Positions 20,498-31,109 of a stretch of DNA of 64,000 bases are shown piece by piece. The stretch lies in contig CAVXAT010000001.1 in assembly GCA_963759805.1 (NCBI GenBank), positions 32,001 to 96,000 of the forward strand, read 5' to 3'. Below the pieces are notes generated by a model, which was not told the origin of the DNA, did not search any database, and saw nothing but the letters and a program-made list of their open reading frames with translations. Numbering within the stretch: position 1 is the first letter of the stretch; every line of letters starts with the position of its first letter. The DNA is from an uncultured bacterium (GTDB lineage Bacteria > Babelota > Babeliae > Babelales > RVW-14). Both the position numbers and the translations under genes were made by a program.

Positions 20498-20526
20498 CTA
20501 CCTAGCAATTGAAATTAATACACCAG

Positions 20527-20603
20527 GGGCGAATAGCTCAGTTGGTTAGAGCACCTGCCTTACAAGCAGGGGGTCACAGGTTCGAATCCTGTTTCGCCCA
20601 CCA
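20527..20603 (+). tRNA. tRNA-Val(TAC)
   Basis: gggcgaa/ttcgccc acceptor, anticodon loop ctTACaa, GGTTCGAATCC, encoded CCA. Confidence 0.97.
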
Positions 20604-20679
20604 TACTTCGCCCTCGCCCTGTGCACCGTAGCTATAAAAAGCGAAGGTGCATACGCTCGTGGCTTCGTATGGCAGGCCA
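20601..20679 (+). repeat. Nested REP-like hairpin element 3' of tRNA-Val
   Basis: Outer ccatacttcgcc...ggcttcgtatggcaggcca, inner inverted tgcaccgtagct...agcgaaggtgca. Confidence 0.65.
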
Positions 20680-20723
20680 GTTTTCGTATAATTCAAATTG
20701 AATTCTTGAAATATAAAATTTGT

Positions 20724-20799
20724 TCCCCGATAGCTCAGTTGGTAGAGCACACGACTGTTAATCGTTAGGTCGCAGGTTCGAGTCCTGCTCGGGGAGCCA
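20724..20799 (+). tRNA. tRNA-Asn(GTT)
   Basis: tccccga/tcgggga acceptor, anticodon loop ctGTTaa, GGTTCGAGTCC, encoded CCA. Confidence 0.97.
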
Positions 20800-20939
20800 T
20801 CTCTTACCATCTACGGAATCTAGTATCAAATTAAACGGTTTTTTGGCTTCAAAGCGCACTTTTTTACCTTCTACCCTAAGGTTCTGAAGTACCAAGCATA
20901 AAAGTTGCCTTCTTTTCTCAACTTCAGAACTTATAAATA

Positions 20940-21941
20940 ACGCCAGTTCGATAATTAAAAAAGTTCTTTAAAAAAAGCCTTTCTCGTTTAAATTGAGAAA
21001 AATGAAACCCTCAAAAAAAAAGAGAAAGGCTAAACATGTTCTTAACAACTATTTTTTGCGAAATTGATGATTTTTGCAAGCAATATGAAAAATATGTTAA
21101 AGAAAAGAGAGTAAAGAATAACACGTTAAATGCTGCAGGACGCCCACGAGGCATGACTCTAAGCGATATTCTTACGATTTGCGTATATTTTCATTATTCT
21201 GGATATCACACATTCAAAAGATATTACAAAGACCATGTTTGCAAAGAATTGAAAACAGCCTTTGGGGCTTTGGTTAGCTACACTCGCTTTACTGAGTTAA
21301 TGCATGAGGCTGCAGAGCCATTGGCATTATTTGCTGCAAGTCGCAACAGTAAAAATATGCGCGGTATTGCCTTTATTGATTCCACAAAATTGGTTGTGTG
21401 CCACAATCTTCGAATTTACTCACACAAAGTTTTTAAGGGTATTGCTCAGCGCGGAAAATCATCAATGGGCTGGTTTTATGGGTTCAAACTCCATCTTGTG
21501 ATTAATCATTTCGGTGAAATTTTGTCATTTTGGATTACCCCAGGAAATACTGATGACCGTAACGAATCAGTTATTTCTAAAGTTACAAAAAATCTTTGGG
21601 GTTGGCTTTTTGGCGATCGTGGTTATATATCACAACCTCTTTTTGAAAAACTTTTTAGGCGTGGTCTCAAGCTTATAACAAAGCTTAAAAAGGGTATGAA
21701 AAACAAGCTCATGATCTTTTTTGAAAAACTTTTTCTAAAAAAACGAAACATCATTGAATCTGTTAACAATATCCTGAAAAATACCTTTAAAATCGAACAT
21801 ACTAGACATAGATGTGTTAAAAATTTTTTCACGAATGTTTTTGCTGCAATTTCAGCCTATTCTTTTCATCAACACAAACCTGCGATAGGTGTGGGGTTTT
21901 TTGCTGAAATTCCAAGCCTTAACTAATTATCGAACTGGCGT
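20940..21941 (+). mobile_element. IS982-family insertion sequence, copy 1 (1002 bp)
   Basis: 18-bp perfect TIR acgccagttcgataatta / taattatcgaactggcgt; TSD taaata (20934-20939, 21942-21947). Confidence 0.93.
21036..21926 (+). CDS. IS982-family DDE transposase
   Basis: IDST, GWFYGFKLHL, GDRGY, R..IESV motifs. Confidence 0.92.
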   Translation: MFLTTIFCEIDDFCKQYEKYVKEKRVKNNTLNAAGRPRGMTLSDILTICVYFHYSGYHTFKRYYKDHVCKELKTAFGALVSYTRFTELMHEAAEPLALFAASRNSKNMRGIAFIDSTKLVVCHNLRIYSHKVFKGIAQRGKSSMGWFYGFKLHLVINHFGEILSFWITPGNTDDRNESVISKVTKNLWGWLFGDRGYISQPLFEKLFRRGLKLITKLKKGMKNKLMIFFEKLFLKKRNIIESVNNILKNTFKIEHTRHRCVKNFFTNVFAAISAYSFHQHKPAIGVGFFAEIPSLN

Positions 21942-23459
21942 TAAATAAGTCATAAGCGCGGTTTGTTAGATCCAGTACATATTTTGACGTAATATAGTAG
22001 TTGTCGTCTGTCTCTTGCAACATCCCTAGTTGGGACTCCAAATCTGCTATTTCTTCACGGAACCCCTGGTCATATTTGTCATACTCGTTCTCAGTAATTC
22101 TCCCTTTGAGTTTATCCAAATATAGGTTGCTTCTCATTTTTGTTATGGTTTTATGCTTCTGAGTTAGCTCTTCGAAGCTTTTGGCCTGGAAATCTGCTTT
22201 GTCATTTTGTGCAGTGTTAATGGCGTTTATTGTTTGGAGTAATATCTCCTCAGGGATTTGCATCTGCTTAAAAATCTGTCCCAGCTGCTCAGTAATTGCC
22301 TCTTCTCGCAGCCATTGTGCGTCATGCTTGCCGTTATATTGCGTGCAGTGGTAATAAACCAAGCCCTTCTGTTTTTCAGGCGTCATTGACAGACCACAGT
22401 GCCCGCAACGAAATATTCCCCGATAAATGTATGGCTTGCCCGCGTACTTAAATCTTTTTTTATTAAAGCCTGATATGACTTGTTGGACCTGGTCAAAAAG
22501 CGTTTTGGTAATAATTGGGGCGTAGCGATGAGGATACAGTTTGTTTTTACAGACCATAAAACCGTAATAAAATGGATCGTTTAGAATTTTACCAAGAAAG
22601 CCTTTGCGCCATTTAATTCCGTACTCTTCATTCAATTTTTCGCATAGTAAGCCCATCGAAAATCCGCCTGTGGCATACAGCTCAAATGCCTTTTGAACAA
22701 TCTGCGAAGCATTCTCATCGACAACAATATCTTTTTTGCCATCCAGCTTAGTAATGTTCTTATAACCAAATGGAGCTCTACTTGGCCACTCGCCGCTGCG
22801 TAATTTTTGTTCTATGGCTCTTTTCACATTATCACTGATAGCATCTGAGTAATATTTTGATAGCCCAAGGCTCATGCTGAACTGAAATTTTTCAGCAGCA
22901 GAAATTTGGCTGTTTATTCTTTGCCCATCAGAGGCAAAGTGTAATTCGATTTCATCACATAAAGCCTTTTCGTAGAGTAAATGAACTCTTTTGTCAAAAA
23001 TGCTTCTGGATAAGCGATCTACTTTGTCAAAACAGACGAAAACTTTTTCATTTTGCTTGATAACAAAATCTATGATGCTATCAAATTCATCTCTCTGGGT
23101 TTTATAAGCGCTTTCATCAAAACTAAATTCTTTAACTATTTCAAAGTTTTTGTTCTGGCAATATCTTTTTAACCGCTCGATTTGGGCTGGAAGCGAGTTG
23201 CCAGCCTCTCTTTGCTCTTCTGTGCTAACGCGCGCAATGATTATGGCTTTCATTTGTTTTTTGCTCCTTTAAAGATTTTGAAAATTAGTTTCTAAATTAT
23301 TTAATATTTATGGTTTTTAAGCAACATTTTTTGTGGATAGGGCCTCAAGTGTGAAATAAAACACGTAAAAACGGTGCCCCTTGACAAAGTATATTTTTTA
23401 TAATAAATTTCAAATAGATATATTTAATTTATATTTGATTCAAAAAATAGGAGGTTATT

Positions 23460-24884
23460 ATGAAAAGAATAGTTCATATTTTTTTGATTTTGCCATTCTT
23501 GTTAGTGTTGTTACAGTTTAATCTTTGTGCAATGGAAGTTCCAAAAGAGGAACAAAAATATGAACACACAAGTGGGCATATTAATTCAACGTTAGATGCA
23601 TGCATTGATTCTTTTGTAAAAAAAGGAATATTTAATGGCATTGTCATGGTTATTAAAGATGACAACATCTTGATTCATAAGGGTTATGGATTTTTGGATT
23701 GTAACTCAAAAAAATTGATCAGTCTTGATACGAAATTTCGGCTGGGATCTGTTTCAAAACAGTTTACAGCGCTGGCGATAATTCAGCTTTTTGAACAAAA
23801 TAAGTTGAATATACAAGATGATATCAAATTGTATATACCTGAATTTCCAGTAGATGGAGTTAAAATTCATAACTTATTAACCCATACAAGTGGTTTGCCA
23901 TTATATTGGAAAATTTCCGGTGAGGACAGAAGTCGAGTTTATAGTAGAGATGAGGCTGTAAAAATTATTTGTAATGGGGTTGGTGAGATTGGATTATTTT
24001 TTAACCCAGGTACTCAGTTTAGGTATTCAGCATCAAATTATGTTTTGTTAGCCGCTATTGTTGAGAGAATTTCAGGAATTTCGTTTGAAAATTACATTAA
24101 ACAAAATATTTTTGATCGAATAAAAACTACTGGAATTGGATGTTGTTGCAAGTGTTGCAAGCCTGTTGATGGTTTGGCTACTGGGCACATATTAAAGGAT
24201 GAAAATCTATTGACTGTTATTCCTCTTGATGCCCTTGCTGTCCCTGGTACTGGAAGTTTATATGCAACTGCAGGAGATCTTTACAAATGGGCTAACGCGT
24301 TAAAAACACCAGGCATTTTGCTTGGCCCTAAAGGGCTTTCCCTGATGTTTGAGCCGTATGTTAAAACTACCCCAGATTTTATAAAAGATAGTGAATATGC
24401 TTATGGTTGGTTCATAACACTTATCCATGGGCATAAGTGTATAGGTCATTTTGGTAAAGTTATGGGCTTTCGGTCTGGCATTTTTAGATATGTTGATGAT
24501 AATACTGTTATAATTATTTTGAGCAATTTTGAACATGCACAGGTAGAACCTCTCAATACATCTTTGGCTGCGATTATATTTGGTTTTAAACCAGAATTAC
24601 CTCAAGTCATCAAACCAGTCGAAATAGATAGCTCAATGTTTTCTTTGTATGAAGGATTGTATGGTTGCAATGGGGAACAACTGTCTATATTCATGGATAG
24701 ATTAACTGGGGATATATATACTCAAATTATTGGACACTCCAGGCAAAAATTACTTTCTCAATCGAGTTCTGCATTTGTCCTTGAGCGATATCCGATAAAG
24801 TTTGATTTTATGAAAAATCATGAAGGTTGTTACTATATAAATATTGAAAAAAATGGCAAAATAAGTACCTGGACTAAAATTTAG
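23460..24884 (+). CDS. Secreted serine hydrolase, beta-lactamase class C/PBP fold
   Basis: Signal peptide, SVSK (SxxK), LLTHTSG, F.PGTQFRYS, GHFG. Confidence 0.85.
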   Translation: MKRIVHIFLILPFLLVLLQFNLCAMEVPKEEQKYEHTSGHINSTLDACIDSFVKKGIFNGIVMVIKDDNILIHKGYGFLDCNSKKLISLDTKFRLGSVSKQFTALAIIQLFEQNKLNIQDDIKLYIPEFPVDGVKIHNLLTHTSGLPLYWKISGEDRSRVYSRDEAVKIICNGVGEIGLFFNPGTQFRYSASNYVLLAAIVERISGISFENYIKQNIFDRIKTTGIGCCCKCCKPVDGLATGHILKDENLLTVIPLDALAVPGTGSLYATAGDLYKWANALKTPGILLGPKGLSLMFEPYVKTTPDFIKDSEYAYGWFITLIHGHKCIGHFGKVMGFRSGIFRYVDDNTVIIILSNFEHAQVEPLNTSLAAIIFGFKPELPQVIKPVEIDSSMFSLYEGLYGCNGEQLSIFMDRLTGDIYTQIIGHSRQKLLSQSSSAFVLERYPIKFDFMKNHEGCYYINIEKNGKISTWTKI

Positions 24885-24991
24885 TTAGTAAATTTTGGTT
24901 ACCAATTTGATGTAGTTTGCAGTGGCATAAGTTGTCTGAATTTTGTATTTTTGATTTAATTATTTTTCATAAGTTTAAGAAAGTTTGACAT

Positions 24992-26056
24992 ATGATTTTT
25001 TTTGATCCACAAGTAATTCAGCATATTGAACGTCGTGTTGATGAGTACGTTCAGCCATTGGTAGCACAAAAATTATTTTCAGGAGTCTTATTTTTTGCTA
25101 ATAAGAACAGCATATTATTACGCAAGGGATACGGGAAGGCTAATTATACTAATGATTTGTCAACAATGCCTGGTACCAAATATCGATTATGTTCTGTTTC
25201 TAAGCAATTCATTGCTTTAGTGATTTTGCAATTAAATAAGCATGAAAAATTACGGCTTCAAGATCCTGTGGCGCATTATTTGCCTGAATATGTTAAGGAC
25301 AATCGAATTACTATTGAACATCTCTTAATCCATACCTCGGGAATTCAAAACTATACTAAACTTGATGCCTTTAGAACAAAGATTATGTCAGGGCCACTTC
25401 GCTTACCAGAGTTAGTTGATTTATTTAAAAATAAACCATTGGACTTTGAGCCGGGCAAAAAATTTGCCTATGGAAGTTCTGGATATGTTTTGTTGGCGGC
25501 ACTAATTGAAAAAATATCTAACCAATCATATGCTGATTACCTAAAATCAAATATTCTTAATCATTTGCACATGAATGATAGTGGAAGAAACTTTCAAGAT
25601 GTCTTGAACAAAGATAATGCTGTAGGCTACCAGATGAGTGCTGGAGTCCTCGAAGCCACATCTAAGTGGGCATCAGAAACGGCTATAGGTGTTGGTGATT
25701 TTTATTCTACTGTTGATGATTTATATAAATGGAATAAAGCCATATTTAGTGAAAAAAGTTTCGAAGCTGATTTAGTCAGAACAATGTCTACACCCTACAT
25801 ACAAGCGTCTAATTTTTTTGATAATCCAAAATATGGTTATGGGCTTTTTATATCCTCAATTCTTGGTCGAAAATGCATTGGGCATTTTGGACGGTTAGGT
25901 GGTTTTCATACGCTTTTTTTACATTTTGTTCAAGAAGATGCTTGTTTAATTATGTTGAGTAATTTTGAACACAGCCCCTTGGAAGAAATGGCAACACAGC
26001 TTTTGCCTATTTTACTAAAGCCGGTTAATGGAATGATACGCACAAAAGACGTATAA
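24992..26056 (+). CDS. Serine hydrolase, beta-lactamase class C/PBP fold
   Basis: SVSK, LLIHTSG, FEPGKKFAYG, GHFG; paralog of the upstream gene without a signal peptide. Confidence 0.85.
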   Translation: MIFFDPQVIQHIERRVDEYVQPLVAQKLFSGVLFFANKNSILLRKGYGKANYTNDLSTMPGTKYRLCSVSKQFIALVILQLNKHEKLRLQDPVAHYLPEYVKDNRITIEHLLIHTSGIQNYTKLDAFRTKIMSGPLRLPELVDLFKNKPLDFEPGKKFAYGSSGYVLLAALIEKISNQSYADYLKSNILNHLHMNDSGRNFQDVLNKDNAVGYQMSAGVLEATSKWASETAIGVGDFYSTVDDLYKWNKAIFSEKSFEADLVRTMSTPYIQASNFFDNPKYGYGLFISSILGRKCIGHFGRLGGFHTLFLHFVQEDACLIMLSNFEHSPLEEMATQLLPILLKPVNGMIRTKDV

Positions 26057-26462
26057 CTATTGAATTGAATCCATGGTTAATAACTTTATTTATCTTGATG
26101 ACTGCGAATTCAAAACGAAGTTTAAGTAAAAATTACATCTTTTAAATAAACTTTTTCTTGCCTTTAATTCCAGATTGCCTATATTTAAACGTTGAATGTA
26201 GTAAATTGAAGTAATGATTCAACAGGAGAGTACAAATGAAAAAATTTAATCTTATCGGTTGCCGGCATGGGCTAGGGTGCTTACCTAGCGGCTGGCTCAC
26301 TTACAATCGAAGGCAATTGCATTTCTGCGACAGCAGAATATCGCAATCACTCAGTAAGTAACCGTCACACAATTCTAATTTAGGTTCAGAAAATAATTTT
26401 TAATTTACATGCTGACGTTAGTCAGCATCAGGTGATACAAAAAGTATTGCCCAAGAGGTTTA

Positions 26463-26792
26463 ATGGTTTTCAAGAAAATCCCGCCAAGAGCGGTCGTGGT
26501 TTTGCCTTTTGAAGAACATCATCGTGTTGTAAAAGTCGTTGAGTTGCTGGCAGCAGTTGCTCGACGTGTTGACGCACGAAGCGTCAAGGTTCGATGTGTC
26601 AGTGCCGGCAAACGAAAATCTTCAGAAGAAAAAGGCACAGGGTTAAAACAAAAACAAGAAAATAGGGTTCGTACATTTTACGGACCTTGTTTTTTTGAGC
26701 AAACTCTTTATCCTGAAACGGAAAATTTAGCATTTATTTGCATATTTAAGAACACGTTGCCGCAGCCCTCGATACGATTTATTTTGCAGTAA
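26463..26792 (+). CDS. Small hypothetical protein upstream of Rep
   Basis: GAGG RBS before the ATG; amphipathic helix plus basic tail; 3' part uncertain. Confidence 0.5.
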   Translation: MVFKKIPPRAVVVLPFEEHHRVVKVVELLAAVARRVDARSVKVRCVSAGKRKSSEEKGTGLKQKQENRVRTFYGPCFFEQTLYPETENLAFICIFKNTLPQPSIRFILQ

Positions 26793-26858
26793 ACTGCTGC
26801 ATAAATCACTCGGGACGAGCGGCGGAGATTTACGGCCTTTGCATGAATCGAGATTTCC

Positions 26859-28016
26859 ATGATAGACACCATAGTTTTAACATTCACTAGCAACATGTAT
26901 CGCATAACAGACCCTGACAAATTTAGGCCATCTGCTCGTTGGATAGAAAATCCGTCGTTGATTAATTGCGATATTCGGTCAAAGCAAAATACAACAAAAA
27001 AAGAGCTGAGTCGTGGAATTTACAAGCCATCTCTTACGTTGTCCAATTGCATCGGCTCTAGCGGGCTGCGCGATATTATGCTCAAAGTTGAATTGTCATT
27101 GCCCAAGCTATTGTTTGGGAATAATTTTCAAGAATTGCAGTATAAAGATTTTTCGCTAATCACAAAAAAGTTGGTGGGAAAATTAGAGGCAATGGGGGTT
27201 GAGATTGACGAAGATGTACTTGCTCATGCGAATGTTTCTGCCATTCATTATGCAAAAAATATTATTCTTAAAGATGGCTCAACGCCATTTCATTACATTC
27301 AAAAGATTAAAGAATCAAATATTTCTGCAGTTCTTGATACCAATCAGACGAATTACCGCAACGACGGGCTTAGTTATAAGTGGCATTGCAATTCATATGA
27401 AGTTGTTTTCTACGATAAAATCAAAGAGCTTGAAAAGACAAAACAGAGCAGCAAAAGGACAATCGAAAAGGATGGGGCTTTGCAAATCAAGCTTTTGGAT
27501 CGGTTAACTCGCAGAAAAAAGTTGGAGATCTTGCGCATGGAGGTGAGGCTTAATAAACGGCAAAAAATCAGACAGCTGTTTGCCAAACTTGGTATTAAAT
27601 CAGATTTAACATTTCATAGCTTATTTAAGCCTGCCACGGCTAAAAAAGTTTTATTGCATTATCTTGACGAGCTTGAAAGCAAACGGCCAGCCTTACTTGA
27701 TTATAAAGACAAAGACGATGGAGCTTTGCTGGCGGCTTTGTGTTTTAATAATCCGGAACTTAGGCCCAAACAAATTTTACAGATGTTTGGTTTGAAAAAG
27801 GCACTTGAATTTATAACGCCACGAGAGTTAAGTGTTTTATTTTCACGCATTCATTCTAGGCGGTTTCAGAGGTTTATGACAGAGGTCAAGAAAGTAAAAT
27901 TGCCAAACGAGAACAATTCGTTTGGCATTATACGAGAACAGGTTGTGAAATTTAAGCCGTGCAAGATTCGTGAAGCGTCGCAATCATTTCGCAATCGTGA
28001 CGTAATCTTGTCGTAA
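26859..28016 (+). CDS. Putative phage/plasmid replication initiator (gene II/X / Rep_trans-like)
   Basis: N-terminal MIDT, SLPKLLFGNN, FYDK..E and LRMEVRL motifs resembling this family. Confidence 0.6.
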   Translation: MIDTIVLTFTSNMYRITDPDKFRPSARWIENPSLINCDIRSKQNTTKKELSRGIYKPSLTLSNCIGSSGLRDIMLKVELSLPKLLFGNNFQELQYKDFSLITKKLVGKLEAMGVEIDEDVLAHANVSAIHYAKNIILKDGSTPFHYIQKIKESNISAVLDTNQTNYRNDGLSYKWHCNSYEVVFYDKIKELEKTKQSSKRTIEKDGALQIKLLDRLTRRKKLEILRMEVRLNKRQKIRQLFAKLGIKSDLTFHSLFKPATAKKVLLHYLDELESKRPALLDYKDKDDGALLAALCFNNPELRPKQILQMFGLKKALEFITPRELSVLFSRIHSRRFQRFMTEVKKVKLPNENNSFGIIREQVVKFKPCKIREASQSFRNRDVILS

Positions 28017-28048
28017 TCCTATCAATACGCTTTAACCCTTTGTAATAA

Positions 28049-28402
28049 TTATTTCTTATTAAAGACCAGATGCGGTTCTTGTCCCAATAGTGCAAAAAGA
28101 CGTGCGATGCTGGCAATTGTCAAATTGGCAGCGCCATTTTTTATTTTGGCAATATGTGCGGGACTAACATCCAATCGTTTGACGAGCTCATTAAAACCAA
28201 TATTTTTTTCTTTCATGTAATTATTCATGGCATTTGTAATATCATTTTGTAACGACTTAAGAGCCCTTGCTTCCAACATTGCTTGTTGTTCAATTTCGGT
28301 GATTTCTGATTTAGTTAATCTTTTTTCCATTAACTTTTGAAAGCTTTTCGTTGAAAATTTCTTCGTTGTTACTATCTTCTTCTCTTTTCCTGCCTTATTC
28401 AT
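28049..28402 (-). CDS. XRE-HTH antitoxin
   Basis: HTH ELVKRLDVSPAHIAKIKNG.ANLTI; lies downstream of the RelE-like gene. Confidence 0.75.
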   Translation of the reverse strand: MNKAGKEKKIVTTKKFSTKSFQKLMEKRLTKSEITEIEQQAMLEARALKSLQNDITNAMNNYMKEKNIGFNELVKRLDVSPAHIAKIKNGAANLTIASIARLFALLGQEPHLVFNKK

Positions 28403-28436
28403 GGTAACTACTCCTTATCATTGTTCTGCGTTATTT

Positions 28437-28760
28437 TTACTGAGTTTGTGTTAACCTTGTACGTGCAATTTTAATATCATTTTGTTGGTTACTTTTATCA
28501 CCTGCATGCAGCAAAATTATGATCTTATTCTTATAAAAGCAGTAATAAATTCTAAAACCATAGTTTCTTTCGCGTAACTCAAATAGGCCTTTGCCTAGTG
28601 TTCTGCTATGTGGAAGTTTTAAATCATTACCACAAACTTCAAGCAGTTTTAGTTCTTTGGATACGGCTTTGAATTGTTCCCGCGTTAATTTTAGTAACCA
28701 ACGCTCAACCGAGCGTTTGCCTGAGTTATCAACCCAATAGTCTATAGTCCATTTTATCAT
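28437..28760 (-). CDS. RelE/ParE-superfamily (HigB/Gp49-like) toxin
   Basis: LPHSRTLGKGLFELR..GFRIYY..ILLHAGDK..Q..DI..A; toxin-before-antitoxin order. Confidence 0.85.
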   Translation of the reverse strand: MIKWTIDYWVDNSGKRSVERWLLKLTREQFKAVSKELKLLEVCGNDLKLPHSRTLGKGLFELRERNYGFRIYYCFYKNKIIILLHAGDKSNQQNDIKIARTRLTQTQ

Positions 28761-28824
28761 AATTTTACAACTCACTTTCTCATGAAAATATAAATTGAAC
28801 TTTTAATAAATAATCTTCAAAAAC

Positions 28825-28858
28825 TACTATATTTTAGTATAGTATATTTTAATATACT
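28825..28858. promoter_or_regulatory. Two overlapping palindromes, putative TA operator
   Basis: tactata-ttttag-tatagta and agtata-ttttaa-tatact upstream of the toxin. Confidence 0.5.
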
Positions 28859-28958
28859 GGCAAGATCTTTTTGTAATAAAAAAGTTTCTTTTTACTTTGC
28901 CCAAATATGATACAATTGCTGCATCATAAAAATACACTTAAATCAGAAAGATATTGTA

Positions 28959-30404
28959 ATGAAAGCCATTCTTATTGCTCGTGTGAGTACTGAAGAGCAG
29001 CGAGATGCAGGCAACTCATTGCCCGCGCAAATTGCACGTCTTGAAAGATATTGCCAGAATAAAAACTTTGATATTTTGCAGATCTATAGTTTTGATGAAA
29101 GTGCATACAAAAACGATCGCGTTGAATTTGATCGAATTATTGATCTTATTTTAAATCAGCAAGAAAAGATTGTAGTATGTTGCGACAAAGTCGATCGACT
29201 CTCACGCAATGTATTTGATAAACGGGTTTCGATACTTTATGAAAAAGCATTGTTTGACCAGATAGAATTACATTTTATATCTGATGGACAGATCATCAAT
29301 AGTAATATATCTGCGGTAGAAAAATTTCAATTCAGCATCAGTTTGGGATTGGCCAAATATTATTCAGATGCGATCAGTGATAATGTAAAACGAGCTATGG
29401 AACAGAAATTACGAAAAGGCGAGTGGCCTTCAAAAGCTCCATTTGGTTATAAAAACATCACCAAGCCGGATGGGAAAAAAGATATTGTTGTTGATGAATA
29501 TAATTCACGCATTGTTCAAAAGACATTTGAATTGTACGCAACTGGTGGCTTCTCAATGAGTTTGTTATGTGAAAAATTAAACAAAGAGCATGGTCTTAAG
29601 TGGCGAAAAGGTTTTCTTGATAAGATTTTAAATGAGTCATTTTATTACGGTGTTATGGTATGCAAATGTAGGATGTACCCTCATCGATACCCTCCAATAA
29701 TAACCCAATCACTTTTTGATCAAGTACAACAGATTATAGATGGATTTAAAAAGAAGCGATTCAAATATGCAGGCAAACAACCATATGCTTACCGCGGGTT
29801 AATACGTTGTGCTCATTGTGGATTGTCAGTAACGCCTGAAAAGCAGAAGGGCTTGGTCTATTATCATTGCACTCAGTACAATGGTAAGCATGGGGCCAAA
29901 TGGATAAGAGAGGAAGCGATCACTGAGCAACTTGGCGCAGTATTTAGAAATTTACAGATGCCTGCAGAAATTGTACACCAAATTACCCAGACTCTGAACG
30001 AAGTTCATGAAAATAAAATTGAATTTCATAATAACGAGTTCGACAAGCTCGCTAGGGAGCAAAAAAATCTGACTACCATGCTTGATAATTTATATCTTGA
30101 TAGACTTCAAAGAAAAATTTCTGAGCGTGACTATGACAAGTTTTATCAATCAATGCATGATCGAATAACTGATATTGCGATACGCCTTGACCAGTTACAG
30201 GAAGCGGAAGATGTTTATCATTTTACTGCAACGTTTGTACTTGAGGTCATAAAACGTGCGTATGAGTTATTTGTAAGTGCTGAAATTGAAGAAAAACGCC
30301 AACTAATTAAATTGATGCTATTGAATTTGAGAATAGAGGGCGAAAATCTTGTGTGGGACGTACAAAAACCGTTTGATTTGTTTTTGAATGCCACCGAAAA
30401 TTAA
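28959..30404 (+). CDS. Large serine recombinase (LSR2), close paralog of LSR1
   Basis: ARVSTEEQ, DKVDRLSR, CAHC; long identical stretches with LSR1; ends KPFDLFLNATEN* without the WL tail. Confidence 0.92.
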   Translation: MKAILIARVSTEEQRDAGNSLPAQIARLERYCQNKNFDILQIYSFDESAYKNDRVEFDRIIDLILNQQEKIVVCCDKVDRLSRNVFDKRVSILYEKALFDQIELHFISDGQIINSNISAVEKFQFSISLGLAKYYSDAISDNVKRAMEQKLRKGEWPSKAPFGYKNITKPDGKKDIVVDEYNSRIVQKTFELYATGGFSMSLLCEKLNKEHGLKWRKGFLDKILNESFYYGVMVCKCRMYPHRYPPIITQSLFDQVQQIIDGFKKKRFKYAGKQPYAYRGLIRCAHCGLSVTPEKQKGLVYYHCTQYNGKHGAKWIREEAITEQLGAVFRNLQMPAEIVHQITQTLNEVHENKIEFHNNEFDKLAREQKNLTTMLDNLYLDRLQRKISERDYDKFYQSMHDRITDIAIRLDQLQEAEDVYHFTATFVLEVIKRAYELFVSAEIEEKRQLIKLMLLNLRIEGENLVWDVQKPFDLFLNATEN

Positions 30405-30471
30405 ATATCGTTAATGGGTTCTTTAACCAGTTTTCAATAGTCCTTAGATTTATTGGGAGTGCTACATTTAT

Positions 30472-31056
30472 TTATAGCAAATTGTCTTCCGTTGATTTGT
30501 AACTATATTTTCTCTTTATAGTCCATCCGGATGTTTTTTTATTGTTTCTTTGCCAGTGGGATTCATAAACATTTGATTGGCCTATTCCAATTAAAACAGT
30601 AATAAAATCATCTAAGTCAATCCAATAAAGTCCATTGTTTTTTTCCCAGCCGCTTGTTACAAAAAATCCGTCTGTATAATCTTTATCTTCTTGAGATAAA
30701 CAAAAAACATATGAATGTATGATTAAATTGCATAAAATGGGTAACTCGATTTTGTTATTTTTACCAGACTCTTCAATGTTATAAAATCTGTCGATTTGAT
30801 GCCAATTTAGCAAGTCAGGTTGCTTTGTGTTATCTTTTATGGAAAATTTCTTATTTTTTATATACCAGTATTCAGTTTTAATATCGGAGCCAATTTTTTC
30901 AGCTTCTATAAGTTTACGAATAGCATAGGCAGATATCATTATTTTTTTCTCAAATAATATTGCTTGTTTTGAAGAAGGTCTTTTTTTTGACCATCGCTGT
31001 AAAATATCAGCATCTTTGATTAACTCATATTTCCAATCTGAAGATTCCCAGATCAT
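30472..31056 (-). CDS. Hypothetical protein (possible HEPN-like)
   Basis: Likely start MIWESSDWK after AAGGA; LCNLIIHS motif. Confidence 0.6.
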   Translation of the reverse strand: MIWESSDWKYELIKDADILQRWSKKRPSSKQAILFEKKIMISAYAIRKLIEAEKIGSDIKTEYWYIKNKKFSIKDNTKQPDLLNWHQIDRFYNIEESGKNNKIELPILCNLIIHSYVFCLSQEDKDYTDGFFVTSGWEKNNGLYWIDLDDFITVLIGIGQSNVYESHWQRNNKKTSGWTIKRKYSYKSTEDNLL

Positions 31057-31109
31057 ATATTCCTTGTAATTTTTTGATGGCTTTAATCTTGTAAACAATT
31101 TTAAACAGT

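Larger units (their letters stand above)
20758..23253 (-). pseudogene. Large serine recombinase (LSR1) interrupted by IS982
   Basis: ARVST catalytic motif, DRLSR, recombinase domain, CxxC zinc ribbon; removing the IS plus 6-bp TSD restores a 495-aa frame ...DLFISSEVEKRRQLL...KPFNLILDSVDGKRWLPEQDSNLRPND* ending inside tRNA-Asn. Confidence 0.88.

Noticed and set aside
20574..20810. 78-aa minus-strand ORF
   Set aside because: It is an antisense read of tRNA-Asn, the REP and tRNA-Val, in a different frame from the LSR1 tail.
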